A DNA stretch of 59,253 nt, the filler included, from Candidatus Coatesbacteria bacterium (GTDB taxonomy: Bacteria; JAFGND01): NCBI GenBank assembly GCA_016927185.1. It is 3 parts of 3 records of this genome, joined end to end, with 100 filler letters (N's around TTAATTAATTAA, not from the genome) between each part and the next. Parts side by side here need not be neighbours in the genome. Positions count along the whole stretch, not along the records: positions 1 to 31,293 come from JAFGND010000008.1; 2 more parts are not named here. One strand, written 5' to 3'. The position numbers and the translations under genes are program-made. Positions 8,383-18,129 of this stretch are shown one piece after another. The notes under the pieces were generated by a model that ran no database searches, was not told the origin of the DNA, and worked only from the letters and a program-made list of their open reading frames with translations. Each line of letters opens with the position of its first letter. The stretch's first letter is position 1.

Positions 8383-10482
8383 ATGAATAAGATATACTTC
8401 ATTTTGGGTGTTCATAACCATCAACCAGTTGGTAATTTCGGATTCATCTTTGAGAAAGCTCTTAAAGAAGCATATATTCCATTTACAGAAGAACTATTAA
8501 AGCATGATGATATCAAATTTGTTGTTCACACAAGCGGTTGTTTGTGGGATTATATAAAAAATAGCAATAGTGAATATATGGACTTGATAAAGGAAGGCAC
8601 AAAAAAATCCCAAATTGAGCTTATTGGTAGCGGTTATCAAGAACCACTATTACCAGTGATACCAGAAAGAGATGCATATGGACAGCTCGATAAAATGAGA
8701 GATTTCATGCATGAAAATTTCGGATTGCAAATGAATGGTTGCTGGCTAACAGAAAGAGTATGGGAACCTAATTTAGCTAAGATTTTATTCAATGCCAGGA
8801 TCAAGTATACTTTTCTTGATGACTATCATTTTCTTACTGCAGGAATAAAGAAAAGGGAACTTTATAAATCATTTATTACAGAATATAATGGTTTTCCGGT
8901 AATAATATTTCCTATCTCTGAAAAACTGAGATATCTGATTCCGTTTTCTGAACTTGACGAACTCAAGAAATACCTTGTTAGTATAAGTGAGGAAGGGGAA
9001 GATAATCTTCTTGTTCTGATTGATGATGGAGAGAAGTTCGGACTTTGGCCAGGAACATATGATTGGGTTTATAATAAGGAATATCTTAAAAGGTTGATAG
9101 TGTTTCTTGAAGATAATAATGACTGGATTGAAACAATTCTTCCTGGAGAATATACTAAAAAAATCCCTGCAGAAAATACTGTTTATTTTCCAACAACTGC
9201 ATACAGGGAAATGGGTGAATGGTCATTAAGAGCGGAGAAGAGTGCAGTTTACAAGAAACTCTGGAATAGTCTTGATAAGGATATTGCATTACCTTTTGTT
9301 AGAGGCGGCTATTGGCGTAATTTTCTGGAAAAATATCCTGAAAGCAACTATTTATATAGAAGAATGCTCAAGGAAAGTGATGCTCTGGCAAAGGCAGAGC
9401 ATGAAAAACTACTGCCTGAGAAGGATTTGCAGGAAGCAAGGAATTATTTATACAAATCACAATGTAATTGCGCTTATTGGCATGGAGTTTTCGGTGGTTT
9501 GTACTTGAATTACTTAAGGAATTCCATTTATGAAAATCTTCTGCAAATTGATAATATACTCTGTAAGAAAGTTGATTTTTCAATCAAGACAGATGAAGAA
9601 GATTCCTTGCAGAGGCTGATTTATGGGATAGGTAAAATATCAAGGTTTACTATAAATCCAAGAGGATCCTCTTTCATGGAGTTGTCTTTCTATCCATGTA
9701 GATTCAATATGCTTGATACAGTATCAAGGAAATATGAAGCATATCATGAGCACTTGAAGCATAGTGACTTTAATGGAGTTAATTCAGATCATGCATCAAT
9801 CCATGATAGTGTAGTAAACAACACATATAAAAGGTTTGAGGAACTAATTTTTGATTCTGAATTACGTTATTCCAATATTGATTATCTATTCAGGGATGAC
9901 TTTCATTATAGTGATTTTGAGGAAAACAGTCAGTTCTTTAAATCTTCAAGTTTATCTAAGAATCTTTATGAATATCTAATAAAAGACAGGAGAATAGAAT
10001 TTCAGACTCTTGCAGATATGGATAGAAAAATCATTATTAAGAAGAATATATCAATAGAAGAAGATATGGTAAGTCTTTCAACCAGGATAAAGATTGATTT
10101 ATTGATTGATGGTCTGGGAAACCTGGAAAAACCTGGATTCGCATCATTATGGAATTTGACATTGCTGGCAGATAATGCAGATGACAGGTATTTCATTCTT
10201 CCTTATGATGGTGAAAGGCATTATAATATGAATTACAAGGGCTCCTGGCAGAGGCAGGGGATACTTATTCTGAAAGATGATTACATGAAAATGCTGTTGT
10301 TTTTCACTTTCAAGAAACCATGTCAGATATGGTCTATGCCTATATATACAATATCTTTATCAGAGTCTGGCATAGAGGAAACTTACCAGGGAACTGCCTT
10401 TTTGTTTATCTGGAATGACTTGCCTAAAACTGATATTTTCGAGAATACTATAGAGTTATTAATAAAAAAAGAGGATGTTTGA
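8383..10482 (+). CDS. GH57 4-alpha-glucanotransferase / alpha-amylase
   Basis: HNHQP, WLTERVWEP, DDGEKFG, SQCNCAYWHGVFGGLY motifs; next to glgC. Start set at 8383, after the terminator. Confidence 0.92.
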   Translation: MNKIYFILGVHNHQPVGNFGFIFEKALKEAYIPFTEELLKHDDIKFVVHTSGCLWDYIKNSNSEYMDLIKEGTKKSQIELIGSGYQEPLLPVIPERDAYGQLDKMRDFMHENFGLQMNGCWLTERVWEPNLAKILFNARIKYTFLDDYHFLTAGIKKRELYKSFITEYNGFPVIIFPISEKLRYLIPFSELDELKKYLVSISEEGEDNLLVLIDDGEKFGLWPGTYDWVYNKEYLKRLIVFLEDNNDWIETILPGEYTKKIPAENTVYFPTTAYREMGEWSLRAEKSAVYKKLWNSLDKDIALPFVRGGYWRNFLEKYPESNYLYRRMLKESDALAKAEHEKLLPEKDLQEARNYLYKSQCNCAYWHGVFGGLYLNYLRNSIYENLLQIDNILCKKVDFSIKTDEEDSLQRLIYGIGKISRFTINPRGSSFMELSFYPCRFNMLDTVSRKYEAYHEHLKHSDFNGVNSDHASIHDSVVNNTYKRFEELIFDSELRYSNIDYLFRDDFHYSDFEENSQFFKSSSLSKNLYEYLIKDRRIEFQTLADMDRKIIIKKNISIEEDMVSLSTRIKIDLLIDGLGNLEKPGFASLWNLTLLADNADDRYFILPYDGERHYNMNYKGSWQRQGILILKDDYMKMLLFFTFKKPCQIWSMPIYTISLSESGIEETYQGTAFLFIWNDLPKTDIFENTIELLIKKEDV

Positions 10483-10483
10483 T

Positions 10484-11707
10484 ATGAGAATATTAGGAAT
10501 GATACTTGCAGGAGGTATAGGTAAGCGTCTCTGGCCATTAACTAAAGACAGAGCTAAACCAGCAGTTCCTTTTGGTGGACAATACAGAATTATTGATTTT
10601 GTCCTTAATAATTTCATAAACTCTAATATTTTCAGATTAAAGGTGTTAACGCAGTTTAAAAGTGATTCCTTGATAAGACATATAGGTTTAGGTTACAGGA
10701 TGAGCAGAAGCCTTGATCAATACTGCGATGTAGTTCCTGCTCAGATGAGAACAGGAGAAAGATGGTATGAAGGAACAGCTGATGCCATATATCAGAATTT
10801 GAATACGATAATTGATATAAGCCCAGATATAGTTGCAGTTTTTGGTGGAGATCATATATATAAGATGGATATACAGCAAATGCTGGATTTTCATATTTCA
10901 AAGGATGCTGATTTAACAATATCTGCAATCCCTCGCAAATTGGAAGAAGCTTCATCATTTGGAGTTATTCAAACCAACAGGGATGATAACATAGTTGGAT
11001 TTCAAGAGAAACCCAAGAATCCTACCCCAATTCCATCAAGGATTGATATGGCTTATATATCAATGGGGAATTACTTGTTCAACAAGGAAATCCTGGTAAG
11101 AATGCTCAGGGATGATGAAGCTAATAAAGACAGTTCTCATGATTTTGGAAATGATATAATTCCAATGATGGTTAAAGAAGGTCACAGGGTCTTTGCTTAT
11201 GATTTCACGAAGAATGAAATACCAAATATGACAGAACAGGAAAGAGGTTACTGGAGAGATGTCGGAACAATAGATGCTTACTATTCTGCAAATATGGACT
11301 TGAGATCTGTTTCTCCAGTTTTCAATTTATACAATGCGAAATGGCCAATAAGAACTGCTCATAGTGATGAACCTCCAGCAAAATTCGTATTTGCTGATTA
11401 CGGGGAGAGATGTGGAATAGCTCTTGATTCTCTTGTTAGTCATGGATGCATAATTTCAGGAGCATTAGTTCAAGACAGTATAGTTTCTCCAGGTGTTTTC
11501 ATTCACTCTTACTCTGAAATCAAGAAGAGCATAATAATGCAGGGAGTTCAAATAGGACGAAATTGCAGGATTCAGAATGCAATAATAGATAAAGCTGTTA
11601 AAATACCACCTGAAACGATTATAGGATTTGATAAAACAAAGGATAAAAAGAAGTTTACGGTATCTCCTGAAGGAATAGTTGTTATTCCCAAGAATTACAG
11701 GTTTTAA
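10484..11707 (+). CDS. glgC: Glucose-1-phosphate adenylyltransferase
   Basis: LAGGIGKRLWPLTKDRAKPAVPFGG, GTADAIYQN, GDHIYKMD, YWRDVGT. Confidence 0.96.
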   Translation: MRILGMILAGGIGKRLWPLTKDRAKPAVPFGGQYRIIDFVLNNFINSNIFRLKVLTQFKSDSLIRHIGLGYRMSRSLDQYCDVVPAQMRTGERWYEGTADAIYQNLNTIIDISPDIVAVFGGDHIYKMDIQQMLDFHISKDADLTISAIPRKLEEASSFGVIQTNRDDNIVGFQEKPKNPTPIPSRIDMAYISMGNYLFNKEILVRMLRDDEANKDSSHDFGNDIIPMMVKEGHRVFAYDFTKNEIPNMTEQERGYWRDVGTIDAYYSANMDLRSVSPVFNLYNAKWPIRTAHSDEPPAKFVFADYGERCGIALDSLVSHGCIISGALVQDSIVSPGVFIHSYSEIKKSIIMQGVQIGRNCRIQNAIIDKAVKIPPETIIGFDKTKDKKKFTVSPEGIVVIPKNYRF

Positions 11708-11717
11708 TGAGGTGATC

Positions 11718-12584
11718 ATGGAAAGAAAAAAGTATTCTCTTCAAGAATTGATAGAAGGATTGAATAGATTCTGGGTGCTTAATGGTTGTTTTATCGAACA
11801 GCCTTATGATTTTCCAGCTGGTGCAGGTACTTTCCATCCTTCCTGTTTTTTTGGCTCTCTCAATAATAAAGACATTTCTGTCTCATATGTTGCACCTTCA
11901 AGAAGACCAAAAGATGGAAGATATGGTGAGAATCCAAACAGATGGCAAAGATATTTTCAATATCAGGTGTTGATAAAACCTCCTCCTGAAGACATACAGC
12001 AACTTTATTTCAAGAGTCTTGCTAGTGTTGGTATACCTGTATATGAACATGATATAAGATTCGTGGAAGATGATTGGGAATCCCCAACGCTGGGTGCAAC
12101 AGGATTAGGTTGGCAGGTTTGGCTTGATGGAATAGAAATATCACAGTTTACTTATTTCCAGAAAATGGGAGGACAAAAACTCAACAAGGTATCTGTAGAA
12201 ATAACCTATGGTCTGGAAAGAATATCAATGTTTCAGCAGGAAGTTTCTGATATAAAACATATTAACTGGTCTGACAAATTTATTTACGGTGCAATTAACC
12301 TTGATATGGAAAAAGACAATTGCAGGTTCAATTTTATTGAAGCAGATATAGAATCCCTTAAAGCACACTACAGTTTATGGAAAAAAGATACCACAATATT
12401 GATAGATAAAGATCTTCTTTATCCTGCTTATGATAACTTGCTTTGCTTGTCTCATTATTTCAATATTCTGGATGCAAGAGGAGTATTGGGCATAAAAGAA
12501 AGACAGGGATATATACAGGAAATAAGGGAATTAGCTAAAGGAATTGCAACTCAGTATATCAAAAAAGCAAACAAGGTAGAATAA
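11718..12584 (+). CDS. glyQ: Glycine--tRNA ligase alpha subunit
   Basis: GAGTFHP, PSRRPKDGRYGENPNR, FVEDDWESPTLGA, EITYGLER; GAGGTG RBS before ATG 11718. Confidence 0.95.
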   Translation: MERKKYSLQELIEGLNRFWVLNGCFIEQPYDFPAGAGTFHPSCFFGSLNNKDISVSYVAPSRRPKDGRYGENPNRWQRYFQYQVLIKPPPEDIQQLYFKSLASVGIPVYEHDIRFVEDDWESPTLGATGLGWQVWLDGIEISQFTYFQKMGGQKLNKVSVEITYGLERISMFQQEVSDIKHINWSDKFIYGAINLDMEKDNCRFNFIEADIESLKAHYSLWKKDTTILIDKDLLYPAYDNLLCLSHYFNILDARGVLGIKERQGYIQEIRELAKGIATQYIKKANKVE

Positions 12585-12642
12585 AATTGACAATTCAGTA
12601 TTAAAATTATTGACTTAAAACGCATGCTTTTTGCTTCTGCTA

Positions 12643-12660
12643 TTGTTTATGTTTTTACAA
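12643..12660. promoter_or_regulatory. Candidate Rex (NADH/NAD+ sensor) operator upstream of nfnAB
   Basis: TTGTTTATGTTTTTACAA, 18 bp, two mismatches to TTGTTAA-N4-TTAACAA. Confidence 0.45.
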
Positions 12661-12682
12661 ATCTCATAAATCGGGGAGATAA

Positions 12683-13510
12683 ATGAGCAGAATACTTAGT
12701 AAAGAAAGACTTTCTGAAAATGTAGTAAAACTTGAGATGGATGCTCCTCTTATTGCAAGAAAGGCCAAAGCAGGTCAGTTTATTATAATAAGAATAGATG
12801 AAAACGGAGAAAGAATTCCCTTAACAATTGCTGATAGTAATTCAGAAACAGGGATCTTGACGATTATTTTCCAGGAAGTAGGAAAATCTACTTTTCAGCT
12901 TGGCAAGAAGAAAGCAGGTGAAGAGCTTGCTGATTTAGTAGGTCCTCTTGGAACTCAATCTGAGATAGAGAATTATGGAACAGTTATCTGTGTTGGTGGA
13001 GGAATTGGTATAGCACCAATTTATCCAATAACAAAAGCTCTCAAGGCAATCGGAAATAATGTCATTGGAATAATTGGTGCAAGATGCAAGAACCTGTTAT
13101 TCTGGGAAGATAAAATGAGAGAGGTTACAGATGAACTTATAGTAACAACTGATGATGGATCATATGCAAGGAAAGCACTTGTTACAGAACCTCTGAAAGA
13201 GCTCATGGAAAGCAGGAAGATAGACAGGATAGTAGCAATAGGTCCAGCAATAATGATGAAATTCGTATCCCTTACTACCAAACCATATAATATACCGACA
13301 ATAGTAAGTTTGAATACTATCATGGTTGATGCGACAGGTATGTGCGGAGCTTGCAGATGCAGTGTTGATGGAAAAACAAAATTTGCATGTGTTGACGGAC
13401 CAGAGTTTGATGGTCATAAGGTAGACTGGGATGAGGTTTTAAAGCGTTCGCAAATGTACAGGGAAGAAGAAAAAATAGCTCTGAAACGTTTTGAAAGGGG
13501 TGAAGCATAA
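12683..13510 (+). CDS. nfnA: NfnA-type FAD/NAD-binding [2Fe-2S] subunit (sulfide/dihydroorotate dehydrogenase-like)
   Basis: GERIPLTIAD, GGGIGIAP, MVDATGMCGACR...CVDGPEFDGH; translationally coupled to the GltA-like gene. Confidence 0.88.
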   Translation: MSRILSKERLSENVVKLEMDAPLIARKAKAGQFIIIRIDENGERIPLTIADSNSETGILTIIFQEVGKSTFQLGKKKAGEELADLVGPLGTQSEIENYGTVICVGGGIGIAPIYPITKALKAIGNNVIGIIGARCKNLLFWEDKMREVTDELIVTTDDGSYARKALVTEPLKELMESRKIDRIVAIGPAIMMKFVSLTTKPYNIPTIVSLNTIMVDATGMCGACRCSVDGKTKFACVDGPEFDGHKVDWDEVLKRSQMYREEEKIALKRFERGEA

Positions 13511-14904
13511 TGCCAAGACCTCCAAGAAATGATATGCCAAGGCAGGAACCTGAAATCAGAGCTCACAACTTTCTGGAAGTTGCCATGGGTTATTCTGAGG
13601 AAACGGCTGTTATTGAAGCCAGCAGGTGCTTATTATGCAAGAAGCCTCAATGTGTAACAGGCTGTCCTGTTGAAGTTGATATTCCGGGATTTATTTCGCT
13701 TGTAAAGGAAGGAAAATTTATCGAGGCAGCAAGGCATATAAAGAAAACAAATGCATTACCTGCTGTTTGTGGAAGAGTATGTCCTCAGGAAGATCAGTGC
13801 GAAAAACTATGCGTACTTGGAAAAAAAGAAGAACCAGTTGCAATAGGCAGACTGGAGAGATTTGTTGCTGATTATGAAAGCAAATTCGGGGAAATCAAGA
13901 TACCTGAAATCCCTCCCCAGACTGGTTTCAAGATTGCAGTTGTTGGTTCAGGGCCATCAGGCTTGACAGTAGCAGGAGATTTAGCGCAATCAGGTCATGA
14001 AGTTCATATTTTTGAAGCACTGCACAAGCCAGGGGGAGTTCTTGTATATGGCATACCAGAATTCAGACTTCCCAAAACTATTGTTGCAAGAGAAGTTGAT
14101 TATATCCAGAAACTAGGAGTCAAATTAAATACTTCTTTTGTAATAGGAAAGACCTTGACTGTTGATGAATTATTCGAAGAAGATGGTTTTCATGCGGTTT
14201 TCCTTGGTAATGGTGCAGGACTTCCATATTTTCTGGGAGTTCCGGGTGAAAACCTAAACAACGTTTATAGTGCAAATGAATTCCTTACTCGTTCCAATCT
14301 GATGAAAGCTTATGATTTCCCGAATTATGATACTCCAATAAAGATAGGCAAGAAGGTGGCAATATTTGGAGGTGGAAATGTTGCCATGGATAGTGCTAGA
14401 ACAGCATTGAGATTAGGGGCAGATGAAGTTTATATTGTTTACAGAAGATCAAAGCAAGAGCTTCCTGCAAGAGCTGAAGAGATTGAGAATGCAGAAGAAG
14501 AAGGGATAATTTTCAAATTTCTTACAAATCCACTTAAGATTCTGGGAAATGATGATGGTTATGTTGTAGGAATTCAATGCCAGCAGATGCAATTAGGAGA
14601 ACCAGACGCCTCTGGAAGAAGACGTCCAATGCCTGTAAAAGACAGTGAATTCATTATTGATATTGATCTGGTTGTAGTTGCCATAGGTCAGGGAGCAAAT
14701 CCTCTTGTTGCAAGCACTACAACTAATCTTGAAACAAACAAGTGGGGATATATTGTTGCTGACGAAGAGACTGGTGCAACAAGCAGACCTGGAGTCTATG
14801 CGGGAGGCGATATAGTAACCGGAGCAGCAACAGTCATATTGGCAATGGGAGCTGGACGTAAAGCTGCAAAAGCGATTAATAATTATTTAAAGACATTAAA
14901 ATAG
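13510..14904 (+). CDS. nfnB: NfnB-type subunit of electron-bifurcating NADH-dependent ferredoxin:NADP+ oxidoreductase (often annotated gltA)
   Basis: EASRCLLC..P.C..GCPV, CGRVCPQE.QCE, GSGPSG, YGIPEFRLPK, GGGNVAMD, GGDIVTGAATVILAMGAG. Confidence 0.88.
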   Translation: MPRPPRNDMPRQEPEIRAHNFLEVAMGYSEETAVIEASRCLLCKKPQCVTGCPVEVDIPGFISLVKEGKFIEAARHIKKTNALPAVCGRVCPQEDQCEKLCVLGKKEEPVAIGRLERFVADYESKFGEIKIPEIPPQTGFKIAVVGSGPSGLTVAGDLAQSGHEVHIFEALHKPGGVLVYGIPEFRLPKTIVAREVDYIQKLGVKLNTSFVIGKTLTVDELFEEDGFHAVFLGNGAGLPYFLGVPGENLNNVYSANEFLTRSNLMKAYDFPNYDTPIKIGKKVAIFGGGNVAMDSARTALRLGADEVYIVYRRSKQELPARAEEIENAEEEGIIFKFLTNPLKILGNDDGYVVGIQCQQMQLGEPDASGRRRPMPVKDSEFIIDIDLVVVAIGQGANPLVASTTTNLETNKWGYIVADEETGATSRPGVYAGGDIVTGAATVILAMGAGRKAAKAINNYLKTLK

Positions 14905-14927
14905 AAGGAATATAAAAAGGAGTAATT

Positions 14928-15110
14928 ATGCCTGTTCCGAAAAGAAAGGTAAGTAAACAAAGAAAGAGGAAGCGTTTGACTCATTACAAGATAAGCCTTC
15001 CAACCATCATTCAGTGTCCAAAGTGTAAAATGTATATTAGACCGCATACTGTTTGTCGCCATTGTGGTTTCTATGGTGGTGATAGACTCCACGAGGTTAA
15101 GGAGAAATGA
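14928..15110 (+). CDS. rpmF: 50S ribosomal protein L32
   Basis: MPVPKRKVSK...CPKC...RPHTVCRHCGFY. Confidence 0.96.
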   Translation: MPVPKRKVSKQRKRKRLTHYKISLPTIIQCPKCKMYIRPHTVCRHCGFYGGDRLHEVKEK

Positions 15111-16075
15111 CATTAAGAATAGCAATTGATGCTATGGGGGGAGATAATTTCCCATCCCCCAATATAAAAGCTGCATTAGAGCTAGTAAACGAAGAGAGCA
15201 TAGAGATAGTTCTTGTTGGGAAAAAAGACCTTCTTAAAAAAAACCTTCCTGATAGCTTTCCAGAAAGCATATCAATAGTACATGCTCCTGAAATGGTAGA
15301 CATGAATGAGTCTCCAACAGCTGTTTTCAGAAAGAAAAAAGAAGCATCAATAAATGTTGCCATGAATTTGATGTTTAATGGCAGAGTTGATGCAGTTGTT
15401 TCTGCAGGTAATACTGGAGCAGCTATGGCTTCAGCAACATTCACTTTGGGTAGGCTACAAGGGATTACAAGACCAGCGATACCAATATTGATACCTGGTA
15501 TACATGGTAGAACTGTAATGATAGATGCTGGTGCAAATGTTGATTGCAAACCTAATCATTTGCTTGAATTTGCAGTAATGGGTAAATATTATGCTAAATT
15601 AATAATGGGCAAGGAGGATCCAACAATTGCCTTGCTTAATATTGGCGAAGAAGAAAGCAAGGGTGACAACTTGACAGTTTCAGCATATAGATTACTTGAA
15701 GGCAATCTTGAAGGTTTTATAGGTAATGTGGAAGGTCATCAGATAATTACTGGAGAACAAGATGTGGTAGTTTGTGATGGTTTTATAGGAAATGTGTTAT
15801 TGAAATTTATTGAAGGTATTGTTTCTGGATTAGTTGGCATGTTTTTTGATAGGCAAAATGAAAGAGATAATGAAATCTTGAAACAGATTTCTTATAAATT
15901 CGAGTATGATGAAACAGGAGGAGCTCCATTACTCGGAGTTAATGGTGTAGTTATAATAAGTCATGGAAAAAGCAATTCCAAGGCTATAAAAAATGCTGTT
16001 TTACTTGCTAAGCAGTTAATAGAACATGATATTAATAGGCGAATAAGCATGGAAATGGAAAAAATGGTGATATAA
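15107..16075 (+). CDS. plsX: Phosphate acyltransferase
   Basis: IDAMGGD, SAGNTGA, DAGANVD, CDGFIGN, GGAPLLG, ISHGKS. Confidence 0.96.
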   Translation: MTLRIAIDAMGGDNFPSPNIKAALELVNEESIEIVLVGKKDLLKKNLPDSFPESISIVHAPEMVDMNESPTAVFRKKKEASINVAMNLMFNGRVDAVVSAGNTGAAMASATFTLGRLQGITRPAIPILIPGIHGRTVMIDAGANVDCKPNHLLEFAVMGKYYAKLIMGKEDPTIALLNIGEEESKGDNLTVSAYRLLEGNLEGFIGNVEGHQIITGEQDVVVCDGFIGNVLLKFIEGIVSGLVGMFFDRQNERDNEILKQISYKFEYDETGGAPLLGVNGVVIISHGKSNSKAIKNAVLLAKQLIEHDINRRISMEMEKMVI

Positions 16076-17064
16076 TGGCAACTAAAGCTCATATTATTGG
16101 AATAGGAAGTTATCTTCCTCCCAAAATCCTTACAAATGAGGATCTGGAAAAACTGGTTGATACATCGGATGAATGGATAGTATCAAGATCCGGTATAAAA
16201 ACAAGACATATTGCTGAAGATGAAACTACCTCATCCATGGCAATCAAGGCTTCTGAAATAGCAATAAAAGATGCCGGAATAGATCCATCTGAAATTAACC
16301 TGATATTAGTGGCAACTGTAACACCTGATATGAGTTTCCCTTCAACTTCTTGTATACTTCAGGATGCATTGAAACTTAAGAGCTCAGCAGCATTTGATAT
16401 ATCAGCAGGTTGCACAGGCTTTATATATGCTTTGCATACAGCAAGAGCAATGATTGAATCAGGAATTCATAAATGCATATTGGTATTGGGAGTTGAAAAG
16501 CTGACTGCAATAACTAACTGGAAAGACAGGACAACATGTGTTCTTTTTGGAGACGGGGCAGGTGCTGTGGTTATCAAGGGAAAAGAAGATGAAGAAGGAT
16601 TGATATCTTCAGTGATAGCAAGCGATGGCTCTTTAGGGTATCTGCTTGACAAACCTGCAGGAGGTACAGCAATACCTATTACACATGAGAATTTGGATAG
16701 TGATTTGCTTTTCATAAGAATGAAGGGAAACGAGGTTTTCAGGTATGCTGTTACCTTGATGGTAGAAGCAGCCTTGAATTGTCTTAAGAAAAGCAGTTAT
16801 ACTGAACAGGATTTGAGATGGGTAATACCTCATCAAGCTAATATAAGAATAATTGATGCAATAAGGAAGCGAATGAATTTGCCTCAGGAAAAGGTTTTTT
16901 CTAATATTCATAAGACGGGGAATACTTCAGCAGCTTCAATTCCTTTGGCTCTTGATGATTTATATAAAGAGGGTAATGTAAAGAAAGGTGATTTAATAGA
17001 ATTGGTAGCTTTTGGAGCTGGATTTACTTGGGGAGCAACTTTATTACGTTGGACAAAGGAGTAA
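16075..17064 (+). CDS. fabH: Beta-ketoacyl-ACP synthase III
   Basis: AGCTGF, FGDGAGA, PHQAN, GNTSAAS, FGAGFTWG. Confidence 0.96.
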   Translation: MATKAHIIGIGSYLPPKILTNEDLEKLVDTSDEWIVSRSGIKTRHIAEDETTSSMAIKASEIAIKDAGIDPSEINLILVATVTPDMSFPSTSCILQDALKLKSSAAFDISAGCTGFIYALHTARAMIESGIHKCILVLGVEKLTAITNWKDRTTCVLFGDGAGAVVIKGKEDEEGLISSVIASDGSLGYLLDKPAGGTAIPITHENLDSDLLFIRMKGNEVFRYAVTLMVEAALNCLKKSSYTEQDLRWVIPHQANIRIIDAIRKRMNLPQEKVFSNIHKTGNTSAASIPLALDDLYKEGNVKKGDLIELVAFGAGFTWGATLLRWTKE

Positions 17065-17068
17065 TGAA

Positions 17069-18115
17069 ATGAAAAGTAAATCCTTGAAAAAAATAATCGT
17101 ATGCTTGTTTATTTTGACAAGTATATTCAAACTTTTTGCAGATGAACCAAGAGAGCAACCTGCGGTTGTCTGGTTAATGATAGAACCAGGAGCAAAAGCT
17201 AGTGGCATGGGTGAAGCTTATGTAGCAATAGCAGATGATGCAACTGCATCATTCTGGAATCCAGCCGGGATGGCATTCATAAAAAAGCGCGAGTTGAGTT
17301 TAATGCATTCGAATTGGCTTCCACAATTAACTGATGATCTTTATTATGAGTATTTCGGTTTTGTCAATGAGATCAAGGATCTGGGTGGCTTGGGAGGTAA
17401 TATAACATTCATGTCGGAAGGTGAGCAAACAGAAACCAATGAAAGAGGGGAAGAATTAGGGAAATTCTGGACCTATGAAGGTGCAATAACTGCAGCATTT
17501 GGCACGCAGGTAATGAAGAATATGGGTGTCGGGATTGGTGTCAAATTCATATATTCACATTTATATCATAAAGCTAGCGGAACTGGGATTGGTTTCGGAG
17601 TGGATTTAGGTTATTTACATAAATTGCCAGGTGAGATGTTTCCATCATTTATGCATAAGTTTACAAAAGAAATATCTTATGGAGTATGCTTGCAGAATTT
17701 AGGACCAAATATAGTCTACAGTGATGCAGAAAATTCTTCGCCAATTCCAACAAATTTGAAGATAGGAATAGCTTATAAATTCCTGGAAGATAATATTTTC
17801 GAGTTAAAAGGAGTATTCGACTATAACAAGTCTCTTGTTGGTATTCAAGAGGGCTTAATGGACGAGTTGAAGCTTGGAATTGAGAATTTTGGATTTGATT
17901 TTACATATTATAAATTGCTTTCAGTAAGATTAGGTTATATAAATGATTCTGAGGGACGAATACAGGGAATGACCTATGGAATGGGAGTGAGATATAACAT
18001 AAAGAAAAAGATAGATATGAGATTTGATTTTGCCGGTGTTTATGCAGGTGAATTTGCAACAGGAAACATACTTGAAAAAACAAACAAGAAATTCTCCTTT
18101 TCATTAAATTTTTAG
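17069..18115 (+). CDS. PorV/PorQ-family (UPF0164) outer-membrane beta-barrel
   Basis: Signal peptide; L.I.PGAKASGMGEAYVAIADDATASFWNPAGMAF, QNLGP.I.Y, P..LKIG, LRLGY motifs; C-terminal Phe. Confidence 0.85.
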   Translation: MKSKSLKKIIVCLFILTSIFKLFADEPREQPAVVWLMIEPGAKASGMGEAYVAIADDATASFWNPAGMAFIKKRELSLMHSNWLPQLTDDLYYEYFGFVNEIKDLGGLGGNITFMSEGEQTETNERGEELGKFWTYEGAITAAFGTQVMKNMGVGIGVKFIYSHLYHKASGTGIGFGVDLGYLHKLPGEMFPSFMHKFTKEISYGVCLQNLGPNIVYSDAENSSPIPTNLKIGIAYKFLEDNIFELKGVFDYNKSLVGIQEGLMDELKLGIENFGFDFTYYKLLSVRLGYINDSEGRIQGMTYGMGVRYNIKKKIDMRFDFAGVYAGEFATGNILEKTNKKFSFSLNF

Positions 18116-18129
18116 CGAATTATCAAGCA

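Noticed and set aside
13510-14904. Glutamate synthase small subunit (gltD/gltA)
   Set aside because: There is no gltB. Coupling to the NfnA-type gene indicates NfnAB transhydrogenase.
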